The translations under genes were made by a program, and so were the position numbers. A stretch of 64,000 nucleotides of DNA from a virus, in IMG/VR virus record IMGVR_UViG_3300025305_003938, positions 16,439 through 80,438 of that record; one strand, 5' to 3'. The notes beneath the pieces were generated by a model. The model was not told where the DNA came from, did no database searches, and saw only the letters and a program-made list of their open reading frames with translations. Shown here one piece after another: positions 16,534 through 24,124 of the stretch; position 1 is the stretch's first letter; every line of letters begins with the position of its first letter.

Positions 16534-18186
16534 ATGGCTTTTGAATTAGGACAAGTAATTCAGGGACGCCACCTCGTAGCAGGTGACATGTCCGGTGAAC
16601 TACAGGTATCCGCAGTAGGCGGACACAGCGGCGACCTTGATGCCGTTCTCGCTGGCTTGAACAGCGACATTGAAGCAGAGGAAGTTGCTCGCGCAGCTGC
16701 CTTTGCAGCAGGTGAAGCAGCAACAAACGCTGGCTTTACATCCATGGGCGCTCGCGTCGATGCACACGAAGCTTCTGCTGACACTCGTATGGGTGCTGAA
16801 GAAGTTGCACGTGCTGCAGCCGACACATCTCTCACGACTCGTCTCGCAGCGGAAGAAGCGGCTCTCGCAGCAGAAATCGCAGCAACAGCAGCAGACTTCG
16901 TGTCTGCAGACGCTCGTTCCACAAGCGGCGAAGCAGCTCTCGCAGCTGAAATCGCAGCAACAGCAGCAGATTTCACATCCGCTGACCTCCGCGCTTCCAA
17001 CGGTGAAGCAGCTCTCGCAGCAGAGATTGCAGCAACAGCAGCAGACTTCGTGTCTTCTGACGCGCGCGTTCTCGCTGACGAGGCTGCTCTCGCAGCTGAA
17101 ATCGCTCGCGCAGGTGGTGTTGAGTCCTCTTTAGAGACTCGTCTCGCAGCTGAAGAAGCAGCTCTCGCAGCTGAAATCGTAGCAACGACAGCAGATTTCG
17201 TATCTGCAGACCTCCGCGCTTTCAACGGTGAAGCAGCTCTGACGGCCTACTCTGGCTCGCAGGCATCAGTCCGTGCTTACGATCAAGTAATCATCAGTGA
17301 CCACTTCGCTGATGTATACGTAGCTATGGGTGCTCACGAAGTATCTGCTGACGCACGCATTGGCGCTGAAGAATCTGCCCGTGCAGCTTTCCAGACATCT
17401 TCTGATGCGCGCCTCAGCGCTGACGAGATTGCCTTGAACGCAGCTGACGCTTCCATTGAGACTCGTCTCATTGCTGAAGAAGCAGCTCTCGCAGCTGAAA
17501 TCGCAGCAACAAACGCTGATGTCACTTCTATCGATCTTGCAATTGCAGACGAAGTAGCCCTTCGCGGCGGAGCCGACGCGTCTCTCACGACTCGTCTCGC
17601 TGCAGCGGAAGCTAAAGAAGCAGCAGATTTCGTATCTGCAGACGCAGCTGCAGCAGCTGAGCACGTAGCAGTAAGCGCAGCCTTCGCATCCGGTGACACT
17701 CGTCACGGTGTGGAAGAAGCAGCCCGAGCAGCAGGCGACTTATCTTTGGAAACAAAGATTGACGCTGACATTGCAGCATTGGTTAACTCTGCTCCAGCAC
17801 AGCTTGACACTCTCTTAGAGATTGCAAACTCTTTGAACAACGATGCTAACGCATTCAACACTCTCAATGGACTCATCTCCACCGAGAATGCTGGCCGTGT
17901 AGCAGCACTTGCTTCCGCAGACACTCGTCAGGGTGTAGAAGAGGCAGCACGCGCAGCAGCAGACGCATCTCTCACGACTCGTCTCGCAGCAGCAGAAGCT
18001 GAAGAAGCAGCTGATATGATCAGCTCTGACGCACGCGTTCTTGCAGTAGAAGACACTGGTGTCCAGAAGGTTTCCTTCGACGACGCAGCTGGCATCTACA
18101 GCATGAGCTTCGGCGCAGGCAAGCCATCGATGGAAATGTCCCTCGACGGTGGTCAGATCAAGGTTGAGTTCAAGGTTGCTGTATAA
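16534..18186 (+). CDS. Ala-rich repetitive coiled-coil fibre protein (tail/head fibre-like)
   Basis: Repeats EAALAAEIAATAADFVSAD and EEAARAAADASLTTRLAA; phage-fibre motif LVNSAPAQLDTLLEIANSLNND; strong SD. Confidence 0.75.
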   Translation: MAFELGQVIQGRHLVAGDMSGELQVSAVGGHSGDLDAVLAGLNSDIEAEEVARAAAFAAGEAATNAGFTSMGARVDAHEASADTRMGAEEVARAAADTSLTTRLAAEEAALAAEIAATAADFVSADARSTSGEAALAAEIAATAADFTSADLRASNGEAALAAEIAATAADFVSSDARVLADEAALAAEIARAGGVESSLETRLAAEEAALAAEIVATTADFVSADLRAFNGEAALTAYSGSQASVRAYDQVIISDHFADVYVAMGAHEVSADARIGAEESARAAFQTSSDARLSADEIALNAADASIETRLIAEEAALAAEIAATNADVTSIDLAIADEVALRGGADASLTTRLAAAEAKEAADFVSADAAAAAEHVAVSAAFASGDTRHGVEEAARAAGDLSLETKIDADIAALVNSAPAQLDTLLEIANSLNNDANAFNTLNGLISTENAGRVAALASADTRQGVEEAARAAADASLTTRLAAAEAEEAADMISSDARVLAVEDTGVQKVSFDDAAGIYSMSFGAGKPSMEMSLDGGQIKVEFKVAV

Positions 18187-18193
18187 TACAGCT

Positions 18194-18263
18194 TAGTTCT
18201 TGTGAACTACTTAATCTTTTAGATTAAAATTTGAAGGGGGTGGTCTTTAGGCCACCCCCTTCA
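18194..18263 (+). terminator. Three consecutive hairpins downstream of the fibre gene (terminator or 3' stabiliser)
   Basis: TAGTTC/GAACTA, TTAATCT/AGATTAA and a 12-bp TGAAGGGGGTGG/CCACCCCCTTCA stem; no long U-tract. Confidence 0.6.
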
Positions 18264-18293
18264 TCTATATAATATGAAACAATACAACGAAGG

Positions 18294-18911
18294 GTGTCAA
18301 AAATGAACAAAAACTATAAAAAGTTAATATTGAAATATCAATATCTCTTAGAAGAATTACAAGACACAGAAGACGATCTACAAACAGTTCAAACTCTCTT
18401 CAATAAAGAAATTGAAGATGATGAGCGTACATCAGCTTGGAACGATCATGCTGAAGAATTGAACGAAAATGAAGCTGCAGAAGAAAAACAGGAAGCCTCT
18501 GACGATGACGATTGTGGCGACGATGAATCCATGGTACATCCAAAAATAATGAAAACAATATATAGGAGATTGTCTAGAGTTTGCCACCCTGATATATCAG
18601 CTGATCCTAGCTCCGAAGCAACGTTCGTGGAGCTATCCGCTGCATATGCCGAACAAAATTATCTTCTCATGCTAATATTGGCTATCGAACTAGATGTCAA
18701 TATAGACGATCTTAAGAGGCAAATATCAAAAAAACACTTCAAACATTTTAAAAAATCGATAAATAAGCTTGAAGAAAAAATATCCAAACATCAAGGTTCT
18801 TTCGCATGGATGTGGTATAACGAAGAAGATGAGAAAAAGAAAGAGGCGATCAAAGAACTGTTTTTGAGAACAATTGACAATATGAGACAAAAAGAAGGGA
18901 GATCGAAATAA
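18294..18911 (+). CDS. J-domain (DnaJ-like) protein
   Basis: KTIYRRLSRVCHPD...FVELSAAY with the HPD motif. Confidence 0.7.
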   Translation: MSKMNKNYKKLILKYQYLLEELQDTEDDLQTVQTLFNKEIEDDERTSAWNDHAEELNENEAAEEKQEASDDDDCGDDESMVHPKIMKTIYRRLSRVCHPDISADPSSEATFVELSAAYAEQNYLLMLILAIELDVNIDDLKRQISKKHFKHFKKSINKLEEKISKHQGSFAWMWYNEEDEKKKEAIKELFLRTIDNMRQKEGRSK

Positions 18912-19363
18912 TGTCAGAAAACAATGAAATAGAAAATTACATCTTAAAGCATATGGAATATGTGGATGTAACTCTCACGGTCCGCGCCGACGACGCTAAA
19001 TTGCTATGTCGTTCTGCTTTGGCCATGATGGTCAATAATTATGAAAAAGAGCATTCCAAATATGCTGTAGCTATCAACAATCTACTAACTGAAGGAAATG
19101 CAAAACAAGTTGAAAAAAATATAGTGGAATATATTGCTTTTATTGATGAATATAGGGATTCTTTAGTTGAACTCGACCGCGCCGTAAAAGCGTATGTTGC
19201 AAGAGAAACAGCTGAAGTTTCTGCAAACTTCCCCCTAGACGAAAAAATTGATTTAGATGATTTTAACGCACAACTAGCGGAAGCTTCGAAAAAACAACAA
19301 GAAGAGATCAAGAAACATAATTCAAAAATTAAAAAATCAACAAAGAGAAAAACAAAGAAATAA
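18911..19363 (+). CDS. Hypothetical helical protein
   Basis: ORF track, TAATG coupling. Confidence 0.65.
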   Translation: MSENNEIENYILKHMEYVDVTLTVRADDAKLLCRSALAMMVNNYEKEHSKYAVAINNLLTEGNAKQVEKNIVEYIAFIDEYRDSLVELDRAVKAYVARETAEVSANFPLDEKIDLDDFNAQLAEASKKQQEEIKKHNSKIKKSTKRKTKK

Positions 19364-19385
19364 CACATAGATAGGAGTAAAAGAT

Positions 19386-19820
19386 ATGCCAGGAGGAAAA
19401 ACAAATTCATCGCCAGTCGGTACAAGTTTCATATCACACAATGTAGGCCTTTATAACGTTGGGTCGTACCAAGTTAGTAGTGTACCATTCTTGTCGAGTT
19501 CGATAACTGCACAGGCGGATGGAGATATAATCGCCGTTGAATTCCCAAAGGTTACTAAATTCATAGTAATAAGAAATCTACGGCCGGCGTCTCAAACATC
19601 AGCGCCACTTAGGTTTGGATTCTCAGAGAATGGGATCAACCGGGCAAATTATATAACCCTTTTTAACGACGAATCATTCACAGCCGATTACAAAGTTTCA
19701 AAGATGTATATACGTGCCGATCTTGCCGCAGCAGCAACTGCCTCTGTTTATGCAGGGTTAACTGGAATTCCCGCAAGTCAACTTACGCACAACTGGACTG
19801 GATCCAAGGGTGTTGGGTAG
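19386..19820 (+). CDS. Putative virion structural protein
   Basis: GLYNVGSYQVS.VP...FPKVTKFI...NWTGSKGVG beta-rich pattern, AGGAG SD. Confidence 0.55.
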   Translation: MPGGKTNSSPVGTSFISHNVGLYNVGSYQVSSVPFLSSSITAQADGDIIAVEFPKVTKFIVIRNLRPASQTSAPLRFGFSENGINRANYITLFNDESFTADYKVSKMYIRADLAAAATASVYAGLTGIPASQLTHNWTGSKGVG

Positions 19821-19822
19821 AA

Positions 19823-21052
19823 ATGAGCTTCGGTACATTCAGATCGAGGGTACCTCGTGATATTCTGGCCACTTTAGAGAACACTAAAGAGGAAGCGAAA
19901 CAATACGCCCAAGAACAAGTTAATCAGTTTTCAAGCTCTATTATGACAGAGGTTCTTCCGAACTTGACAGTTTCCGGGGGAATCTCACCAACTGAATTTG
20001 CAGCGTTCAGCGCCTCGTTCTCTCAAAACTTAGTAGCGGTAGAAGTTGGGACGATGGCGTACGCCGACCAGCAGGTCACTGTCTTTTCAGCATCTGTCAG
20101 TGAGAATCTTTCTGACGGCATATCTGCAACTGAATTTGAAGCATTCAGTGCCTCTTTTGCACAAAACTTAACAGCAGTTGGTGCAGCATCAATGGCTTAC
20201 GCGGATCAACAAGTTCAAGCCGCAACAGGGTCGATAATGGCATATGCCGATCAGCAGGTTACTAACTTTTCAGCATCTGTCAATGGGAATTTTTCTTACG
20301 GCATATCTGCAACTGAATTTGCAGCGTTCAGCGCCTCTTTTGCACAAAACTTAGTAGCGGTAGAAGTTGGGACGATGGCGTACGCCGACCAACAGGTTAC
20401 TAACTTTTCAGCATCTGTCAATGGGAATCTTTCTCACGGCATATCTGCAACTGAATTTGCAGCGTTCAGCGCCTCTTTTGCACAAAACTTAGTAGCGGTA
20501 GAAGTTGGGACGATGGCGTACGCCGACCAACAGGTTACTAACTTTTCAGCATCTGTCAATGTATCCGGCGCCGTAGACACCACTAGTTTGACCACATTAA
20601 GTGGTTCAATGGCGGCGGCCGTCGCTGCAATGGAGCTACAAATGAACACTAATATTGGAAACATTGATACTGGTGCCTCTTCGGCCGAAGTAACAGCTTT
20701 AAGTGGCACAGTTGGAACAGAAATAAATCAACTTGTTGACGCTATAGCGACGTTAGAATCAATATCTTCACAATTACAATCCCGTGTATCTTACAATACT
20801 GCAATTATTGGAATGCCTGAACATATCATACTTACAAATGACACAGGTACCGAATACTCACTCCACGTTAATGACGATGGAGATCTCCTCTTTGATGCAT
20901 ATGCAAACACTGGTTCGGCATGCAACACTCAACTGGTTGCTCTAGAATATTTGACACTCAAAGCTCCAAATGGCCAGCATTATCAATTGAGCGTTCAACC
21001 AGACGGCGGCTTAACATTCGATATCAGCACTCTGCCCACTGGAAGCTGCTAG
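19823..21052 (+). CDS. Repeat-containing fibre-like protein
   Basis: Four 46-aa repeats, and two C-terminal LxxxxGxxYxLxVxxDGxL units typical of fibre tips/shafts. Confidence 0.65.
   Translation: MSFGTFRSRVPRDILATLENTKEEAKQYAQEQVNQFSSSIMTEVLPNLTVSGGISPTEFAAFSASFSQNLVAVEVGTMAYADQQVTVFSASVSENLSDGISATEFEAFSASFAQNLTAVGAASMAYADQQVQAATGSIMAYADQQVTNFSASVNGNFSYGISATEFAAFSASFAQNLVAVEVGTMAYADQQVTNFSASVNGNLSHGISATEFAAFSASFAQNLVAVEVGTMAYADQQVTNFSASVNVSGAVDTTSLTTLSGSMAAAVAAMELQMNTNIGNIDTGASSAEVTALSGTVGTEINQLVDAIATLESISSQLQSRVSYNTAIIGMPEHIILTNDTGTEYSLHVNDDGDLLFDAYANTGSACNTQLVALEYLTLKAPNGQHYQLSVQPDGGLTFDISTLPTGSC
19979..20560 (+). repeat. 138-bp coding tandem repeat, about 4 copies
   Basis: Units start at 19979, 20117, 20300 and 20438. 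Unit 2 has a 45-bp insertion; units 3 and 4 are near-identical in DNA. Confidence 0.9.
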
Positions 21053-21561
21053 TCCTCTTTGTAAAATACGTCACCGTTGACTAGTTCTGATATTTGATCA
21101 TAATCTATAAATAGAGAGAGATGTTTTTCATCTTCTCCCTCTGGGCGCCATATTAAAGAGAGTCGGCGCTCCTCATCATACCAGATCCAATCAAACTCAT
21201 TACCTAGGTTTATCTCTCTAGAAAAAATACAACTGTATTTGTTTTGAGTCATTCCGACGACTAGATCATCATGAAGTGAATATCCTGTGTTTAATATTAG
21301 GTCTTCGCCACAGAATGCTAAGGTATCCTTATCAACTAATTCTAGAAACAAATAGCCAGTAATCATCGTGGTGGATACATCAGCCTCGCACCACCACGTG
21401 GAAAGCTCATCTTCGTGACTAATCCAAGAACAATCCATGGAAAAAAAGTATTCTCCAAATTCATTATAGTCATCATCTATCGGCCCACTGCATCCGGATA
21501 GAATAGACAAAACAAGTAATGTTATTGATTTATTAATTGTATCTCCTATAGTAATTATCAT
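21049..21561 (-). CDS. Acidic putative lipoprotein
   Basis: Lipobox-like ILSGC after a hydrophobic stretch, convergent with the upstream gene. Confidence 0.6.
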   Translation of the reverse strand: MIITIGDTINKSITLLVLSILSGCSGPIDDDYNEFGEYFFSMDCSWISHEDELSTWWCEADVSTTMITGYLFLELVDKDTLAFCGEDLILNTGYSLHDDLVVGMTQNKYSCIFSREINLGNEFDWIWYDEERRLSLIWRPEGEDEKHLSLFIDYDQISELVNGDVFYKED

Positions 21562-21593
21562 AGATTACAAAAAAACAATTTTTAATAAAATAC

Positions 21594-21623
21594 TTGCAAC
21601 ACTAGGTACTATTGTGCTAATAT
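21594..21623 (+). promoter_or_regulatory. Sigma70-type promoter for the tRNA cluster
   Basis: TTGCAA-N18-TAATAT with extended -10 TG, AT-rich UP-like tract upstream. Confidence 0.5.
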
Positions 21624-21645
21624 TGATTTTGATAATGAATATTGT

Positions 21646-21720
21646 GCTTCCTTCGTCTAACGGTTAGGACATCGGGTTTTCATCCCGGAAATAGGGGTTC
21701 GATTCCCCTAGGAAGTACCA
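21646..21720 (+). tRNA. tRNA-Glu(TTC)
   Basis: Cloverleaf, TCGGG-TTTTCAT-CCCGG, CCA. Confidence 0.93.
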
Positions 21721-21726
21721 AAAAGA

Positions 21727-21800
21727 TGAGATGTGATGTAATGGCAACATGGAACGCTTTGACCGTTCTTTTCTAGGTTCGAATCCTAGCATCTCAGCCA
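21727..21800 (+). tRNA. tRNA-Gln(TTG)
   Basis: TGAGATG/CATCTCA acceptor, GAACG-CTTTGAC-CGTTC, CCA. Confidence 0.92.
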
Positions 21801-21822
21801 TGGAGGGGGAGAAGGGAGAAAA

Positions 21823-21945
21823 ATGGATACTTTAGGCTTAGTCAGCACTGTCGCTCTAGTGTTTATTTCATGTCGAATGATTTGGAAAATACACGCCAAT
21901 GAAGCGAGCATAAAACGAATCCTCGATGAATTAAACAAAAATTAA
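21823..21945 (+). CDS. Small membrane peptide (40 aa) within the tRNA cluster
   Basis: Read manually: MDTLGLVSTVALVFISCRMIWKIHANEASIKRILDELNKN, AGGGAG SD. Confidence 0.55.
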   Translation: MDTLGLVSTVALVFISCRMIWKIHANEASIKRILDELNKN

Positions 21946-21951
21946 AAAATA

Positions 21952-22027
21952 GCCGGTATAGCTCAGTTGGTAGAGCACTTCACTTGTAATGAAGATGTCC
22001 CGCGTTCGATTCGTGGTGCCGGCACCA
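21952..22027 (+). tRNA. tRNA-Thr(TGT)
   Basis: Cloverleaf, CTTCA-CTTGTAA-TGAAG, CCA. Confidence 0.95.
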
Positions 22028-22099
22028 ATAATTTCTTTAAAATTTAGTTTTTGAAGTTAAATGTAGTGAAACCCGATTATGGGTTGTATATAAAGACAT

Positions 22100-22175
22100 G
22101 GGGGTGTAGCTCAGTTGGGAGAGCAGTTGCCTTGCACGCATCAGGTCGTAGGTTCGACTCCTATCACCTCCACCA
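22100..22175 (+). tRNA. tRNA-Ala(TGC)
   Basis: GGGGGTG/CACCTCC acceptor with G3:U70, loop CTTGCAC, one T-T mismatch in the anticodon stem. Confidence 0.92.
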
Positions 22176-22181
22176 TCTTCT

Positions 22182-22212
22182 AAAAGGGGCCCTCGCGGGC
22201 CCCTTTTTTTTA
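22182..22212 (+). terminator. Rho-independent terminator
   Basis: AAAAGGGGCCC-TCGC-GGGCCCC followed by a T-run. Confidence 0.9.
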
Positions 22213-22226
22213 ATAAATTTAGTGAA

Positions 22227-22255
22227 TTTACAAACATAGCCAAAGCTGATAAGAT
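22227..22255 (+). promoter_or_regulatory. Sigma70-type promoter upstream of the chimeric tRNA
   Basis: TTTACA-N17-TAAGAT with extended -10 TG. Confidence 0.5.
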
Positions 22256-22285
22256 ATATCATATTGAATAGTAAAAAAAGAACCA

Positions 22286-22359
22286 GCGGGTGTAGCTCAG
22301 CGGTAGAGCATCGCGTTGCAACGCGAAGGTCGTGAGTTCGAATCCTACCACCGAGACCA
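22286..22359 (+). pseudogene. Chimeric/degenerate tRNA: Gly(GCC)-like 5' part with a 6-nt anticodon loop and a Pro-like 3' end
   Basis: GCGGGTG pairs with only 4 of 7 bases of CACCGAG. Loop is TTGCAA (TTGCCAA minus one C). T-stem GTGAG/CCTAC is mismatched. ACCA end retained. Confidence 0.75.
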
Positions 22360-22402
22360 TCTTTCTGTCTTTACGCAGCTATTTAAAATAATTAATTGTT
22401 TT

Positions 22403-22491
22403 GGAAGCGTGTCCGAGAGGCCGATGGAGCACGATTGGAAATCGTGTGTAGTTCATAGCTACCGAAGGTTCGAATCCTTCCGCTTCCGCCA
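22403..22491 (+). tRNA. tRNA-Ser(GGA)
   Basis: Cloverleaf with long variable arm, CACGA-TTGGAAA-TCGTG, G73, CCA. Confidence 0.95.
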
Positions 22492-22517
22492 ATAATTTTC
22501 CCGCGTCTATATAATAT

Positions 22518-23306
22518 ATGAATGACAGCAATACAGTGCTTCTATGTCCACCCATGTTTTTTGATGTGAAATATTCAATCAATCCATGGATGAAGGGTGA
22601 AAAAGTCAACACGGCCATGGCAAGAAAACAATGGTTTGAGATGAAGTGGGTACTGGAAGATCTAGGTATAAAAGTGAAGCTCATAGGGCAGGAAAACTAT
22701 CTGCCAGATATGGTTTTCACAGCCAACGCCGGAACAGTTAAAGACAAAAAAGTAGTCTTAAGTAATTTTAAGCACTATCAACGACAGCCGGAAAGAGAAG
22801 TATTTCAGCGTTGGTTTGAGGAATTCGGATATGAAACTCACAAGCTACCAGACGGCATGCACTTTGAAGGCTGCGGAGACACGATTCTATCGGGCAACAA
22901 GCTGATTGCGGGGTATGGATATAGATCAGACCTCCGGGCCCTTAAAAAGACCGCTGAGATCTTAGAATTGCAATTAATTTCTCTTAAGCTAAAGAATCCC
23001 AACTTTTATCACCTAGACACCTGTTTTAGCCTCCTAAGAGAAGACTTGGCCATATATTATCCCGGCGCATTTAGCGATCACACAATATCGAAAATTAAAA
23101 ACATAGAACTGTTACCGGTAACGGAGAACGAAGCTAATCAGTTCGCATGCAACTCTATCGTGTACAAAGACAACATATTAATGCCGGCAAAGAATAATCG
23201 CCTTGTTGATGAATTGGCAAATTATGGTTACACTGTTAGGCTGATCGACACTTCTGAATTCTTAAAATCCGGTGGATCATTACAATGTATGTCTTTATGG
23301 ATTTAA
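22518..23306 (+). CDS. Amidinotransferase / dimethylarginine dimethylaminohydrolase family protein
   Basis: YSINPWM, PDMVFTANAG, FEGCGD, FYHLDTCF, EFLKSGGSLQCM. Confidence 0.9.
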   Translation: MNDSNTVLLCPPMFFDVKYSINPWMKGEKVNTAMARKQWFEMKWVLEDLGIKVKLIGQENYLPDMVFTANAGTVKDKKVVLSNFKHYQRQPEREVFQRWFEEFGYETHKLPDGMHFEGCGDTILSGNKLIAGYGYRSDLRALKKTAEILELQLISLKLKNPNFYHLDTCFSLLREDLAIYYPGAFSDHTISKIKNIELLPVTENEANQFACNSIVYKDNILMPAKNNRLVDELANYGYTVRLIDTSEFLKSGGSLQCMSLWI

Positions 23307-23374
23307 ATATTAATAGGAATAATATATACTTAATTCGAACCATAAAACTACTTATTACATAAGAGGATAATATA

Positions 23375-23938
23375 ATGAGTAGATCATCGGAGAACGTCAA
23401 GCGCTGGCGTAAAGCCACAAAAGATAGAATAGTTGCAGCTTTTGGCTCCCAGTGTGGTGTTTGTGGATATGATAGAACCTCTGCAGCTCTTGAACTCCAT
23501 CATCTCGACCCTGAAGAGAAGGAATTTTCGTTAGGGTCTGTACGAGCTAACATACGTTCGTGGGCTAAAATCGTAACTGAATGTAGAAAGTGTGTACTTT
23601 TGTGCGCAAATTGTCACCGTGAATATCACCAAGGTTTGCTTGAGCTACCAAGCGGTATTGCACGCTTTGATGAAAATTATGTAGACTACAAAGAAGTGAG
23701 AAGACGCGACAAAAAAGACATATGTCCTATATGTAATGGTGAGAAATTGGTCGGCTCGATAACCTGTTCACGACAATGCGCGGCCAAAAAGAGGCATAAG
23801 ATTAATTGGGAAATATATGATAGTGTCTTAAAAGAAGAGTTAAAAAGAGGAAGCTCTTGGGTTAAAATATCGGATAAGATAGGAAACATTAGCGACGTTG
23901 CTGTTAAAAAGAGAGCAGTAAAAATAGGATTAATCTAA
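23375..23938 (+). CDS. HNH endonuclease
   Basis: CGVCGY...LELHHLDP...KCVLLCANCHREYH, C-terminal zinc finger and HTH. Confidence 0.85.
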   Translation: MSRSSENVKRWRKATKDRIVAAFGSQCGVCGYDRTSAALELHHLDPEEKEFSLGSVRANIRSWAKIVTECRKCVLLCANCHREYHQGLLELPSGIARFDENYVDYKEVRRRDKKDICPICNGEKLVGSITCSRQCAAKKRHKINWEIYDSVLKEELKRGSSWVKISDKIGNISDVAVKKRAVKIGLI

Positions 23939-23947
23939 ACTTGACAT

Positions 23948-24034
23948 TCCGGAGTGGCGAAACTGGTAACCGCACTTGACTGTTAATCAAGCGTCATTTA
24001 TGACTTGGGAGTTCAAACCTCTCCTCCGGAGCCA
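23948..24034 (+). tRNA. tRNA-Asn(GTT) with an atypical long variable arm (87 nt)
   Basis: TCCGGAG/CTCCGGA acceptor, G73, CTTGA-CTGTTAA-TCAAG, variable stem GTCA-TTTA-TGAC, CCA. Confidence 0.88.
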
Positions 24035-24124
24035 AGATTAGACCCCATCCTGCCGCCGCAGCCAAAAATATTATTAGTGTTCGTAAGAAATACCGGCTCT
24101 ATATAGTACATATGAGGAAGTCTA

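Noticed and set aside
16532-17924. Several long alternative-frame and antisense ORFs over the Ala-rich gene
   Set aside because: They are shadows of GCA/GCT-rich repetitive coding, with no SD or independent signal.
19979-20560. Diversity-generating retroelement TR/VR pair or CRISPR array
   Set aside because: The repeats are in-frame tandem coding units without spacers or an evident adenine-specific mismatch pattern, and no reverse transcriptase is present.
22286-22359. Calling this gene tRNA-Cys(GCA) or tRNA-Ala(TGC)
   Set aside because: The loop is 6 nt and the acceptor and T stems are broken; the body matches Gly 5' and Pro 3' instead.
22037-22684. ORF-track entries 22037-22243, 22051-22239 and 22379-22684 (also 13851-14088 and 24013-24267)
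   Set aside because: They overlap clear tRNA genes or better-supported CDSs.
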